This document shows positions 1 through 14,199 of a stretch of 64,000 bases of DNA, one piece after another; the stretch's first letter is position 1, and each line of letters begins with the position of its first letter. Made by a program: the position numbers and the translations under genes. The stretch spans positions 12,030,001 through 12,094,000 of the forward strand of contig CM075991.1 of NCBI GenBank assembly GCA_038087875.1, read 5' to 3'. Under the pieces are notes generated by a model. It saw only the letters and a program-made list of their open reading frames with translations, did no database searches and was not told the origin of the DNA. Source of the stretch: Malacoraja senta. Taxonomy: Eukaryota.

Positions 1-1650
1 TTGGAGCCCGATTATCTAGAATGTCAGTGGTCAGGGTGCTGCATGGTCACAGATATGCAGTTAGGGTTAGCTGACAAAGTGAAGAAAGGACAGTTGGGTA
101 CACGAGGTGCACAAGATGGACTGCGTGCTAGATCTTGTATGGGGTGGGGAGAACAGTGCACCAATAGACCTTATCATATGCTTGATACTACCTGTAGCTT
201 GAGATCTCTACAGCTACCATTTAGAAGTTAAATTCAGATTTCATGGGAATTACTCGAGATCAAAGACTGCTAAATTACCAAATAAAACCACTGGAATGTG
301 TACTGTGTGCTTAACAGCAAACTTATTGGGTTTCATCAAGGGAATGTAAGTTGGTGGTTTAATAAATTCCTCTGCTGGCTTCCTCAAGCGATTGACTCTT
401 TCTAGAGGCAGCATCCATGCAGTACCCGACTCAAGGGACTATTCATGTGCGAGGCTCGATGGTGTGCCTCTTACTGCAAAGGGCATCACAAAGAACCCTA
501 TTCTATTCTCATTCAAAAGCTTCAAACAGCAGGTGGAAACTTGTTTTAACTGGGAACCTTTACTGGTTTATTCCCCCTCCATACTCTGTGGATGCAAATA
601 GTATATTAGCTCTAAGACCAATATAAGATGATGGGGGAATCCGGGACCAAAATAAACCATTAAGACAAATTATCAACAATGCTCTTAATGGTGGGACAAA
701 CTGGAGGGGCTGAGAGACTTGCTCCTACTTTTAATTCTTATTTACTCAAGTCAATTATATATCAGCATTGGTGAGATTAACATGGCTTTAAAAATACATG
801 CAGGCCCTGCTATTGTTTGGTTTCACACCAATGAAATTACATCAGGTACCACCCAGACGTCTGCACATAATCTTGGTTGATATGCCCAGAAGAGTGGATC
901 ACCTTTCAGATGAGAGTTAACTAGAGGCTCTGTCAATCCTTTAAAAGTTCACATGGGAACAACAATACCTCCGAGCATCCACACCAGTTTATATCTCAAT
1001 CTACAGGTTTCCTAAGCACTGCATCAATGCTGCTGCATTTTTCCCATTCTGCAACAGTGATTTGACTTCAAATGTAGTTAAATGACTATGAAGCATTTTG
1101 GAACCCAAGGCTGGTAATGGCGTTTCTTTCTTCTTAAATGGAGTCACCGTGAGAAGTGAAAAGCTTGCAAGCAATTGACAAGGAATTCAAGGCATTAACA
1201 AATCTAGGTTTTACCATAATATCACCACTGTAACATTAAAAGAAATAACATTTAATTGTGTTATTGCTGGAGTCTTCAAGTAACTGCACAAGAACCCGTA
1301 GACCAAGGGTACAAAAGTCAAGATGATTTTTTTATCCATTATATGCAATTGATTAATATTGATTATAATCTTGGAAGTCTAAAATCACTGATACCAGTTC
1401 TATGAGGAGTAAGTCACGTTAGCTTTTTAGTATAACACACTCCACTGTCTTTTCACTGTGCACAATATCTACAAAAATAAGTCCTCTTCTTTCTCCCAAC
1501 TCCTGCATTGCAACAGCAAGTGCATGCAGTTTTTCCAACAAAATGGTTGGCACCAGCTCCAGCCAGTGCTAACACAGTACGTTCACAGCTTACTGAAGTG
1601 GTGTCGCTTTGGGCAGAGAGAACTCAAGCACCCTCCGTTGCTTTCCTTCA

Positions 1651-1715
1651 CTAGACGCCAGCATTCCTCTCTGGGCTGTCTTCCTCGCTAGTTTGCGATT
1701 TACTTCTGCTAGTGC
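1651..1715 (-). CDS. CNNM3: CNNM3-like terminal coding exon 8
   Basis: Acceptor catcag| after a T-rich tract. Phase-1 translation CTSRSKSQTSEEDSPERNAGV* with TAG at 1653-1651. The end resembles the mammalian CNNM3 C-terminus (SPGRNPGV, from memory). Summed CDS is 2220 nt = 739 aa plus stop. Confidence 0.8.
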
Positions 1716-2263
1716 CTGATGATGATATTGAAGAGGAAAAAAAGTGCATTAAAGTTAATTTTTTTGTGGTCATCGGAGAGCCTCCAGGTGCACTACCAGG
1801 TTGAATGCCACATGTCTATGACATGCACTCAAAGCCAAAATGCATAAACTTGAGTAAAAGCAAGCAGAAGCCTCCATCATGTAGACCGCCCATCGAGAAT
1901 GTGAACAACCATTCCTTCTCTCCTATCTTGTTTTCACTTCCTGGTCTTCAGAATCAATCTGGCAATGGAAATTGGTATACACCTTTGTGAAGAAAAAATA
2001 CAAGACAGCCATGGAAGCAGGTCAAAGAAATGAACTTTTGTGGTGGTCGATGTACCAGTCTACCATTCAAGTTTGCATTGACTGTTCAAAGCGGAATCAA
2101 CTGCAGTAAAGACATGATTACAAGATTACAAATTAAATGACAGGCTACAGTAATTCATTCAACAGGAAGATACTAAAAATCTCTCAAGTGAAGTAACAAT
2201 GGTTTCCCAAAAGTATCTAACTCACCCAACTGCTCCATCTGATTCAACACCTCTACTTCCTTA

Positions 2264-2434
2264 AGGGCCTGTCCCACTTGCACGACCTTTTTTACTCGTG
2301 GACATTTTTCATTAGGCTAGAAAAACGCCCCGACCTACTTAATGCCACGAGTACCTACAACTAGCATCACGACCTACCCACGAGTATGAGTCAAGGGCAA
2401 ACTCAGCAGAGGTCGTGAAAGTGGGACAGGCCCT
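2264..2434. mobile_element. PIF/Harbinger-like MITE
   Basis: 25-bp TIR AGGGCCTGTCCCACTT(G/T)CACGACCT at both ends, flanked by TTA (2261-2263 and 2435-2437). Confidence 0.75.
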
Positions 2435-2615
2435 TTAGAAGTTTGAGGAGATTTAGCACGTTGCCGAATACTCTATTGAACTTCAAGTGGAGAACATACT
2501 AACTGGGTTGCATTAGAGCCTGGTTCACAAATTAAATCGCTAACTGCAATTGCAAATATCATCACTAACTGCAGCAATCCATTGACAAAACTTGTGCATA
2601 AACAATAAAACTCAC

Positions 2616-2751
2616 ATGTGGAAGAATTTTGCTTATTGAGCAAATTTGCCTGGCTAGTGGGCATCACCTTCAGTTCAAAGGACTCCGGTGAAGGTGAAGA
2701 GTTCTGTATTTTTGACGCCATAAGTGCATTTACATATTGCAATCGGGTAAC
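2616..2751 (-). CDS. CNNM3: CNNM3-like exon 7
   Basis: VTRLQYVNALMASKIQNSSPSPESFELKVMPTSQANLLNKQNSST. tag| and |gtgagt. Confidence 0.9.
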
Positions 2752-3003
2752 CTAAGGAAGAAGTATACACAATGAATGTGAGGCAGCAACAGCTGCAACT
2801 GCACTTTGAACAGCAGTATACAACAAGTGGCACAAGCTGGTATATCAGTAAGGCACAATATATGGTTAGTGACCTTAAGGGCATCACAACCACCATCCAT
2901 CCCATGGCCCGATGGCATCTATCACTACAACAGCACTAAATTCCCTTGGCATACTGTTGTAAATAAATGAAATTGCCACCATTTCCACATTATTTAAGTG
3001 CCT

Positions 3004-3267
3004 TAGTTTAGTTTAGAGATATAGCGCGGAAACAGCCCAATTGGGTCGGTGCCGAATAGCGATCCCCGCACATTAACACTTTCCTACACACACCAGGGAC
3101 AATTTTTACATTTACCAAGCCAATTTACCTACATACCTGTATGTCTTTGGAGTGTGGGAGGAAACCGAAGATCGTGGAAACTCCATAGACAGCACCCGTA
3201 GTTGGGATCGAGCCCGGGTCTCTGGTGCTGCAAATGCTGTAAGGCAGCAACTCTACCGCTGCGCCAC
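3004..3267 (-). mobile_element. HE1/V-SINE-like tRNA SINE
   Basis: tRNA-like head (gcagcggtagagttgctgcc...ccgggctcgatcc), V-like core and CR1-type tail (ctaaa)n. Confidence 0.75.
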
Positions 3268-4433
3268 TTCCTTCAGATGGGAGATTCAAGGTTGTGCTGA
3301 ACTTATCTTATTTTATCCCCATTCAACATGCAGGTACTTGCAGTAACAGAGGTCAGGTACACAACATTGGTTTATTATGCCATTCTCAATCCAGTAGTCA
3401 ACCGTACGCCCTCTTCTATCTTCCAAATGAGGCCACTCAAAGAGCAGAGGTTGCTCCCAGAACTTTCTTGGTCCACTAGCATAATTTCTGGACATTTCCT
3501 TGACATAAACCAGTGAGCGAGAGAGACTCTAATATTAAGAGGAATAAAAGGGACGGACTTATTTCACTGCATTCTTATTTCCAGGACATGTGTGCTTTAT
3601 AGATAATAATTAGAAAAGTTTATTTTTGTGGTGTATATCAAGATACTGTGAACAGCTATGTTTTGCTAGCCATCCAGGCAGATCAGACCATACAAGTACA
3701 ACAGGTAAGGCAAAAGATAGATTCTTTATGGAGAAAGAGAGGAGAGTGGGGATATAGTGTTACAACAATGAAAGTGCAGATAAGGAGAGCAAGGGCCGCA
3801 ACGAGGTAAATTGGAATATAATTAATTCAGCCTTAGCTTTAAGTTTTATTTTCAAATCTTATCACTGATTTAAGCATGAATGTAGGCAACTAATTTACGT
3901 GCAGCAAGATGCCATAAACAGAAATACGATGTTACTGCACAATACATTGATGTTAATTTAGTTTTCAGTTTTAGCCCAAAACACGGAAAAGTCCATTGCA
4001 CTCCAAGGTAGTAATGTGGGAATTTTTACATGCATTTCAAAGGGTGACACCTCAACCGGGCAGCAATACACAACACTCATATCTCTAGCAGGACTCGGAT
4101 CCACACCAACTCAGAAGGCAAGTCTTTACACTAAGTCACAGAGGGGAATTGTCAGCGCTGTAGTGCAGGATAATTTTAAACCTATCTTCACAAATAGTGT
4201 AATGAAGTCCACTTCACCTCTCCTCTATCCCTCAAAGTCTTGTCAAATATGCAAGAACAACAAACATTGCTGGAATTGCATAACGAATGGGAAAGTATAT
4301 GAAGGCGAATTACAAAAATTTCCACTTGAAAATCCAACTCAACATTTTACCTTCCAGGAAATGGCCAGCACCATGTTGCTGACATGTTTGCTTGTTTGAA
4401 CTGTTCTTCGTTTTATCCTTACTACAATCTTAC

Positions 4434-4579
4434 CTTTAGGACCTGTAGGTCATTAAGTGCTCTTACAGTGTAGTCAGGGCAGTACGTTGATAGGCTTGCA
4501 TTCTCTCCACTTTCCAACAGGTCTCTGGAGAAAGGGTCTCGTTGACTCCACTTATTGTTAGTGGCTGGTGATTGGTGCA
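4434..4579 (-). CDS. CNNM3: CNNM3-like exon 6
   Basis: Hand translation VHQSPATNNKWSQRDPFSRDLLESGENASLSTYCPDYTVRALNDLQVLK. VHQSP and YCPDYTVRAL resemble mammalian CNNM3. tag| and |gtaaga. Confidence 0.9.
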
Positions 4580-4965
4580 CTATATGAAAAAAATGAGCTA
4601 AATGACTAAAGTGGTACTAATTGCACAGCGCATACATAATTTTTTTAAAGACTTAAGTACAGCCTCAATTAACCACTTAAATTTTGCCTCATTAACAACC
4701 CTTAAATTATGTGCATCACTTCCACAACCAAAGATAGTGGAAGCCCTGCCTGCACTGTACTTCATGCCAGCACTGGTCAGGCTGCAGTGCTTTCTCTTAC
4801 ACTTAAAGGGCATTGCGTTGAAGTGCACCATTGGGGCATTCTGTACCAGTAAATTAAGTCGACCAGGAGACAGTGTCACACAGTTAGTCCAATGATGGCA
4901 TTTTCTCTTTTTGCAAATGAATGTTAAGATGCCATGCAATTTGAAGAGCAAAGCCCAATTATAAT

Positions 4966-5185
4966 TTGACACAAAGTGCTGGAGTAACTCAGCGGGCGTC
5001 AGGCAGCATCTGTGGAGAACTTGGATTAGGTGACGGTTCAGGTCAGGGCCCATCTTCAATCAGACTGAAGAACGATCCCGACCCGAAACGTCACCTAATC
5101 CATGTTCTCCGGAGATACTGCTTGACCCGCTGAGTTACTCCAGCAGTTTATGTCCTTTTGTGTAAACCAGCATAGCAGTTCCTTG
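4966..5185. mobile_element. Inverted pair of Penelope-like terminal repeats
   Basis: gacacaaagtgctggagtaactcagcggg...ggtgacg, followed by CTGAAGA...GAAACGTCacc...cccgctgagttactccagca as the reverse-complement arm. Confidence 0.75.
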
Positions 5186-5833
5186 TTTCCACAATTATAA
5201 TGTGCCTGGAGAATGTGCTCTAAATACACAGGAACAGATGATGATTCACATCACTGGACATGTCCATCATTCTATTCCCCTAGTGTGCATTCAAATATTC
5301 ATAGGGCACAGTACATCGACACAGTACAAAGACCCCCTCCCCCCTCCAGTCCTATCATACATTCTCAAAATCTCCGTGCTTCAGGTCTAACCAACTATTA
5401 CACATCTGGTTTTGTTAACATCAGAATGATGTTGAATCTTCATTAATTTAGCATAACTGAAGAATTTCAAGCTTCCAGATTATTTGCTACCATAAAATTA
5501 TTTCAAAAAGAAAGCTTTGCTTGATCAAACTGGAATTGATTTCTGCACGCTTGGTTTGTCTAAGTGAAATAAGGTTTGTCATCAAAGCCACATACCATTG
5601 TAGCCTATACCCTTTCAGTACTGAACCACAGAAATTTTACGGAAAGATTTTAACATCACAAAAACTTCTAACAACCCATCCTCTTCCCTCTGAAAAAGAA
5701 CTTTGTAGGATACCCAAAGCAGAGCGTGTCAGTAAAATGGAAACATACAGCACTCCCGCTAACTAACCACTCACTGAGATTCCTCTCTAACATATTACCA
5801 GTTATTTGAACATTGATACCCCCCACCTTACTA

Positions 5834-6028
<195 letters not shown>

Positions 6029-7267
6029 CTAATTTAAGGTGAACGGGCCACATTTGAATTAGAAACACGTACAAAACACATGGACAAAAATTAAAATCAA
6101 ATTACATAGATTTACCAAGACCACCGCAAAATTAATGCTGCACTGAACAGTCTGTCTGGATTTTAGTACTCAGATATGCAAAGAGATATAGAGCGTGACG
6201 CGTGCATCTTTCTGCGGGGATAGGTAACAACCGCATGCATTGTGCACGTTCCCCCACAAGCTGCCACCAACAGGAATATCACAGCTCACGATCTTAAGCC
6301 CCAAGCGCAAGTGAACAATGGTCACTGGAATACCAAATTTCTCTTGTCACTCGAGTTCCTTTAAAAAAAATTTCAGAAGCATAACACAAACTATTATATT
6401 GATCTTCTTCCTTGTATTCTCAAGCACACCTATTGCTGTAACAACAGCCTTTCATATCTCATTTACATCCTCAGCTTTGACGTGCAAGTTTGATGCTTCT
6501 TCCTTCTATCCATATATCTGAACAAATGTCTTTTAAAGTCCAATTGTATCCACTTCATCAGCTCCCTCTGGCAGCTAATTCCAAATACAGACGACCTCGG
6601 TGAAAAGGTTACAGCCAGAACTTTCTTCCCTATCACCTTAAGCATATGCTCTCTGGTTTTAGAATCCTCTACCCTAGAAAAAGACTGATAATTCACTTTA
6701 TCCATGCCCCTCATGATCTTCTGCACCTCATTACAATTGTCCTCAGACTTCTACGCCCCAAAAAAGAGTCAGTCTATCCAACCTCTCCCTATAACACAAC
6801 CCCAACATCCTGATAAATCTCTACTGCATCCTTTCCAACTTAATTACATCTTTTCTATAGCTGGACGAGCAGAACTGCACAGATTATTCCAGGTATGATC
6901 TTACCAATAACTTGCACAACTCGATCCTGATGTCCTAACTTTTGCTCTCAATCGCCTTTTCAATAAAAGCAAGTGTGCCAAACACCCTCTTCACCACCCT
7001 GTCCACCCTTCTCACCTCTTTAACTCCCAGATCGCTGTTCCACCACACTCTACCTGCCCTGCCTTGGAGAGTGTGACATATCAAAATACAACACTTTACA
7101 GTTAAAGTTTTAAAAGTTTAAAGTTAACTTTGCCATCCTTGGCCCATCTTCCCAACTTATCCAGATATATAATTGAAAGCCTAGAAAGGTATTTGTGAAG
7201 GACTCAGATCAGGGTTATCCAAGTGCAAGCAATTTGGTATGAATGTTAATTCTTTGCTTTGTCTTCA

Positions 7268-7483
<216 letters not shown>

Positions 7484-9226
7484 TCATTATAGCGGCGATT
7501 TCCAGCTTTATTTGCAATGTTCTAATTAGTGTCACAATTTGAAGTGTCTAATAAATTAATACACCAAGCAGCAGGGATTCTTGAAAAAAAGAGATTCTTT
7601 TCTGATTTTAATCACACACAGACAACAAACTTTGGAATATTTCTGACTAAGAGTTGAGTTTGTGACATCAAATAGCTCTCGGTTCAGATTTTTAATATCA
7701 TCCCAGACAATGTGGCTGTCCATTGACCATCATGAACTGGGCCAAAGTACGTACAGGTAGTTATGCTATGTGGCAGAATAGTGGTATTCCTATGAAACAC
7801 ATAGCAGATCACATTATAAATGGGGAATGTTTCAATGGCAAAAAGAGGGTTAGGGAGCTAGTGTTTAGACTCTCAATAAAGTTACTCCCCCCCCCACCCT
7901 CCCACAGATTTTTCAAAAACACAAATCTATTTAGTGACTGCAAGCAAAAGCCACTAAAAGCTGCATGTTACATTGTTTACGAGAGCATCATGCACAAGCA
8001 TCAAGTTGGCTTGTTCATTTCAACGGCCCCTGTGGTGAAACTAGCAGTTGCGTTCTTAAAGACAACAGCATTTGATTAATGCAAGGATACATGGAAACAG
8101 TTTATTTCACCCCCAAGAGCCTTAAAAAAAAAACAAGACAGCTTTTATTCTGCTTGTCAAATTCCACTTTAAAGTAACTTTTAAGTGGTTCTTATTCCTG
8201 ACTGAAGTTGTGTTATAAAGAATTCGTCCCGCATAGTGACAATAGTCCCCCCCCCCCCCCCACCAGTCATAAATTGCATTATATCCAATTATTGTGATGG
8301 AAACACAGGTTATAGCAGGACTACCTGCACATTTATTTCTTAAGTTCACTTATACCAGATCTTCTAGTAGGAGTGGAATCCGATAAACCTTTTTATGCAG
8401 TGCAGTTCAGTTCTTGCAAAATGTTTAATTTATCCCCTCTGGCAGCTCCCGCCGTCAATACTGTCCTCATTGGTAACTCCCTCCCAGTTTATTGTTCTCT
8501 GTTCAAACAGCCCAAGTTTTGCCAGTTCTTGCATTGGAACTATTGCTGGGCTCCTCTCAGTGTTAAATCCACAGCTCAAGTCAGGTATTCATTTAGAGGC
8601 TGCCCAACCAATACAAGCCAAACAGGATCCAACAATATCTTGGGATCAGGTTTACCTGCCAAGTTCAGGTTCAGTTCAGGGCAGGATGATTTGCTCAATA
8701 CTGCATGTGTTCCTCTGTTCTGGTCAATATTTGGTATTTCATCCAACAAACAGCCTATTTAAGATTGCTACATTTATGGCAACAATCACGGGTGGCATGA
8801 AAAATACTGCAAGTACTCAGATTGTGGTCAGGTCTGGATTTTACAAAATGCTGGAGTAACTCATTGGGTCAGGCAGCATATCAGCAGGACATGGAATAGG
8901 CAAAATCTCACGTCAGGACCTTTTCAGACATCACATCCATGTTCTCTAGAGATGCTGCCGGACTTGTTGAGTTACTCCAGCACTGTGCGCGTTACTCAAC
9001 ATTTCAGCATCTGCATTTTCTTGTATCTCCCTCTTAATTTTACACTTGGGCAGACTCTTCTCTAAACCAGATCAAAAGCATGGCCATCTGCGAGCTTTCT
9101 TGCCCCTTGGTGCTGGCTCTTCTCCCTCGTACAATTAATTTTGCAATAAATCTTGTATATTATTGTTTCATTTTTGGAAGCCAGAGAGAAACTCTCGAGC
9201 TACAAGAGAGGTAACTGCCTCCCTAC

Positions 9227-9379
9227 CTCTGGATAAGAAGCGCTGAGTTGCTAATAAAAGCTGAGGTGAAATCTTGACCTTTAGGTCGATATCAGGCACC
9301 TTAAAAAAAGAAAAGTCTTCTTTCTTGCGCTCAATAGGAAAGCTGACAGGAGCAGGGTTTTTTTTCACTTTGATTTCTG
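9227..9379 (-). CDS. CNNM3: CNNM3-like exon 3
   Basis: AEIKVKKNPAPVSFPIERKKEDFSFFKVPDIDLKVKISPQLLLATQRFLSR. Polypyrimidine tract plus cag|, donor |gtaggg, 153 bp. Confidence 0.9.
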
Positions 9380-10301
9380 CTGCAGAAGGAGAAAAAAAAG
9401 CCAATTACGATTCTCTCAATGCCTCGCACTCAAACTTGTACCAGATCTGTGCAAGCATCAGACATCATACAGTACATCATTGATTCTTATGCAAAGACAG
9501 CAAGCTGGTCTTCCACGTTATAGCAAATGCAACAGGAACAAAAGCCAAGGCTGATTACCTTCTCCCTAAGGGCAGAGTCCAATTGGAGCAGGTCCTTTGC
9601 ACCACAGAATGGAAAGTCAAATGACTCAGATTGGGAACTGTCCTGGGATAATGTACATAATGTGGCTTTCGCCCTTCGTGCCACAAGGGCTCATCAATAT
9701 TTAATTTGAACAGAATGCCATGGGCATAGGAAATGCAAAAGAACATGTTTCCCCCAAGAGAAATATAAAGCTCTCAGAAGTAGCAGTTAAATTGAGGTTT
9801 AAATGTTGTTTGGGCAGGTGTGGAGAAAATGTGTTCCCATACAGGCAAGAGCGCATGGGTCAAAAATATAAAATAGTCGCTAGTAAATCAAAAAGGGATT
9901 AAGGAAGGAACTCAGAGGATCATTATAAACTGGAACTCCCACCACAAATGAGTAACTGAGACAGAGCATGAATGCAATTAATAGCAATGTATTGACAGTC
10001 TTAAGTAATCTGGGATAGGGCAAGTTGTGCCGTAGGTTGTTTCCATGCTATGACACAATGACTAAGGTTACTTACAGCATAAATAGCAGCAGAGATCCTT
10101 TAGGCCAAATCACTAGTTTATGTAATACAGACATAATTTCTACAAACATTTAGGTCAGACAGCATCTTGGAAAAAAGCAAGAGTAAATGTTTCAGTCCCA
10201 AGACCCTAAGATCTGAAACATTAGCTCTGCTTCTCTTTCCTCGCATACTGTCTGACCTGCTGAGTGTTTCCAGCACTTTCAATTTTTATTTCACAGTTCT
10301 A

Positions 10302-10547
<246 letters not shown>

Positions 10548-12321
10548 TCAGAACATAAAACATGGATGGAAAACTGTTATAAAACACTGCAAAATGTAAA
10601 ACTAAACAAGGTTAAATTGCTGAGCTGGGGTCAACACTGAGAACATTTCAACTTTCTCTATTTCTCCCTTGATATTTTGTTAAAACTATTCAATATTTAG
10701 AACCTTGCCATACGTTCTGATCTTGTGTATTTTGTGTATATATAAATCAAATGGAAGCATAATGCTTGAATTATGAATCAGATACACATTTTCAGTTTCA
10801 ACTTCTACAATATTTTAACTTTTAAATCAAAACTGCTTTGTAGAAATCATGGAATAATGAGGCTCTTTGGACCCTTAAACTTGCGTCAGTTCTAAGACAC
10901 AATCCTATTCATTCAAAACGTTATTCCCTTTATCATGTATCTGTACACTGTGAATGGCTCTATTGTATTTTCTTTCCGCTGACTGGTTAGCACACAACAA
11001 AAGCTTTTCACCGTACCTCGGTACACATGACAATAAACTCAACTAAACCCTACTCTTTCACTACATCATTATGATGACATCAAAAGCATTTATCCAGTTC
11101 TCTTGCTGAATGGTTCCTCTTGAATTAGGTTATACTGATTGCCAGATCACCCTTTACAATGCAAATACACTTTTTGCTCTCCTTGGTTTTATTGTTAACT
11201 AGTTATCGAAGAGGCATCAAATCTCAGCCTCTTATATTTTACGACCATTGTTTTATTTACATTGGGCCATAAAAAGTTTGTTCTGAGGAGTACAACCTCA
11301 GCTTTTTTCGCCTCTTTAGTTTACTTCACTCAATGCTGGCATAATTCTGGTAAACAGCCTCTGTGTTATGCCAAGGTCCTGCATTAGTTATGCAAGACAA
11401 AGTTCCAATTGAGGACAAAAGAATGATTTATCTCAAACCAACGATAAACTCCACAGTTGCGTTTAACTCCAGAACAGTTTTCAACAAAGCATTCAGCACC
11501 CACTCAGTACCCATACGTTCTCTTACCAACTCTGCCGCAATTTTCTAATTTTACTGAAATGCCTAGTCCTCTGGTTCCTGTTTCATTTCTTCACTGGTAT
11601 TGACAGGATATTTTAATTTTTCATTGGTCTCAGCCAGGAAAGGGTGCTTAATTCTCAAGTGGATTTCATCACATGGTGTTGGAAGCAATTATTAAAAGAT
11701 TTGAAGCAAGCTCATTGCCTACCGTGTTGGAGACCTGGCCAATCTATGAAGAATTAATGATACACGATTTAAAAAAAATAAAGACATGCTGTGAATGCTT
11801 AATAAAGTAGCTTCTTAAACTGGTAATCCTACAAAGGAACAGACCACAATTATGCCCCTGATCATTGTGATATTGAGCAAGAATGACCCAGACCTTTAGA
11901 AAGGGGAAGTCATAGCAACTCCATACTTCAGGCAGAAATGCTCGATAATAATCAAAGAAGCGACATTTAGATACCAACATTTTAGAACCACTCCTCTTAT
12001 TCAAACATAATTTACAATGCCCATGAGGAGTGAATTTACTACAATGAGGACCTTACACAAACACAAGCTTCTGATACAGAACAGAATGAAGTAACTGGAT
12101 GACCTTGAAACTATTTTTTGATACTTAATTAATCGTTGACTACGTGCTGACATGGACTTTTCATAATAAACCAGGACATTGCAATTCATGTTAGTGCGGG
12201 AAACTCATTCTCACAATCACCATAATACTTTATTAGCCAAGTATGGTTCGCAACATACGAGGAATTTCATTTGCCAAGTCAGCAGAAGAATTTGTCCCCG
12301 CTATCGCAAACGTATATTCAC

Positions 12322-13633
12322 CTTTCTTAAACTCTTCCAGGACAGCATCCAACTTGGTGTCATTAAAAACAAAATGCAACGGGTGGTTGTAGAACTTTGT
12401 GATAGTATTTAAAGGTGTGCAGTCTTCAGGGTCCACCATTGCCAGATCCTTCACATATACTATGTCCACAATGTTGGACTTCTCGTCTTCATACACTGGG
12501 ATTCGGGTATGGCCACACTGCATAATTTCAGACATGGTATTGAAATCTAGCACAGCTCCAGCGCTAAGCATGAAACAATCCTTCAGGTTGGTCATAATGT
12601 CCTCCACCACTTTAGTCCTCAGTGCCCCTCTACTGAACTCTTCCTTAACAAATTCCCTGTACGGGTCACTAGACCTCAGCATATCCAGGATCTTTTCTCG
12701 GATGTAGCAAGTGCTGATATCCTGGCGCAAGGCTAAGTCGAGTACCAGGGCAACCGGCAAGGAAACGGGGAAGGTGATGATTATGAAAAGGCAAGTCAGC
12801 CAGGAAGTCCTGGAGGCAATGGTGAAACCATATCGCGAGCAGATGGTATAAGGAAGGATCTCACAAATCAGAAACATTAGAGCTGCACAGACAAATATAG
12901 CAGGCAGGATGGCATTAAATGCCAGATAGAATAAGACACCCAGGGCTGAGTTCGCCAACACACTGCCCAGGACCAGGGAGGAGAGAACCAAATTGCCCCT
13001 TTTCCTAATGGGCTCCAGGGACTTGGCACTTCTCTTCTCCCTCTCAGAGCCACAATGGCGGATGATGTGCAACTCCAGAGGGTCCAACCACAGGACACTG
13101 AGGTGGAGCAGGTTAAAAAGGGCCGAGGACAAAAGCAGGACGGCCAGCAGCAGGATCTGGCCCCACACGGGCAGAATACTGGCGGCGGGCTGGGGCTGGA
13201 TCTGGATCTCCAGCCGGGTCTGCCAGTCCCCCAGCGCCGTCCACAGCCCCCCGGAGCCCAGGGCGCACAGGTAATACACGCCGGCGGCGTTGGCCTGGCC
13301 GGCCTGGACCCTCACCAGCACCGAGCTGTTCGCCCGCTGCTTCTCCTCCGCCACCAGCCGCAGCCACCCGCTCTCCAGGCTGCGGTTGTCGCAGCTCAGG
13401 CCGCGGCTGAAGCCCAGCCAAGGCCACACGGCCCGCTCCAGCTCCGAGCCGAAGACCCTCAGGTCGAAGCGGGCCCTGGGACTCGCTTTAATCACTCCGG
13501 CCTCCATGTAGACGTGGCCGGCGCCGCTCTCCAGCCTGGCCCCGCGGACCTGGGCCCCCCTTGAGGCCGCCTGACCGAGAGCCAGGCCGCACAGGGCACT
13601 CAGCACCCACAAGCACCGCGCTCCCGGCGCCAT
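12322..13633 (-). CDS. CNNM3: CNNM3-like metal transporter, exon 1 (signal peptide, extracellular domain, DUF21/CNNM TM domain, CBS1 and part of CBS2)
   Basis: ORF 12233..13762 contains [12 protein letters not shown]...[10 protein letters not shown]...[35 protein letters not shown]...EEFKKG. ATG at 13633 (context aagATGg). Donor AAG|gtgaat after 12322, phase 1. Confidence 0.92.
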
Positions 13634-13830
13634 CTTGAAGCAGCCCCCCCCCTCCCTCCCCCCCAGGGTCACGTGACGCGGGCCGGCACCACCAAACCTG
13701 CTGGTCGGCCTTGCCCCGCCCCTGCCGCCTGATCGACATGACATCCACCCAATGGGAACCAAGCGCGCCGCAGCCGCCCAATCGGGCCGAGGGGGCGGGA
13801 GCTAGACGCCGAGCAAGTGCGGTTGAGAGC
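13634..13830 (-). promoter_or_regulatory. CNNM3 CpG-island promoter / 5' UTR
   Basis: GC/CpG-rich. Palindromic E-box GTCACGTGAC 13668-13677, GC boxes near 13713 and 13792, CCAAT near 13749 and 13778. Confidence 0.6.
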
Positions 13831-14064
13831 GCGCGGCAAACATAGACAATGCTGCCGCTCTTAAAGGGACAGAGCTGCACCGCTCTGCTGCATATGAAGG
13901 GGACATCACACCAGCTGTTTCTGGAAGGGTTCCGTGGAAGGAAAACATGCTGCATTAATGCACAACAGTTCTAACTGTCCCTGCCACGTTTATTTAGGCG
14001 ATTTAACGCGACTGTCCCCATGTGCCCCAGGGTATCCATTGAAGCTGCATACCAAACATATTCT

Positions 14065-14199
14065 TTAAGAAGGAACTGCAGATGCTGGAAAATCGTAGGT
14101 AGACAAAAGTGCTGGAGAAACTCAGCGGGTGCAGCAGCATCTATGGAGCGAAGGAAATAGGAATAGCTGCACCCGCTGAGTTTCTCCAGCACTTTTGTC
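14065..14199. mobile_element. Inverted Penelope-like short element with TSD
   Basis: Flanked by taccaaacatattct (14050-14064 and 14200-14214). A further copy follows at about 14220-14415. Confidence 0.8.

Noticed and set aside
13634..13762. N-terminal extension [10 protein letters not shown]... of the 509-aa ORF
   Set aside because: It begins at a non-ATG codon in promoter or UTR sequence; the signal peptide follows the ATG at 13633.
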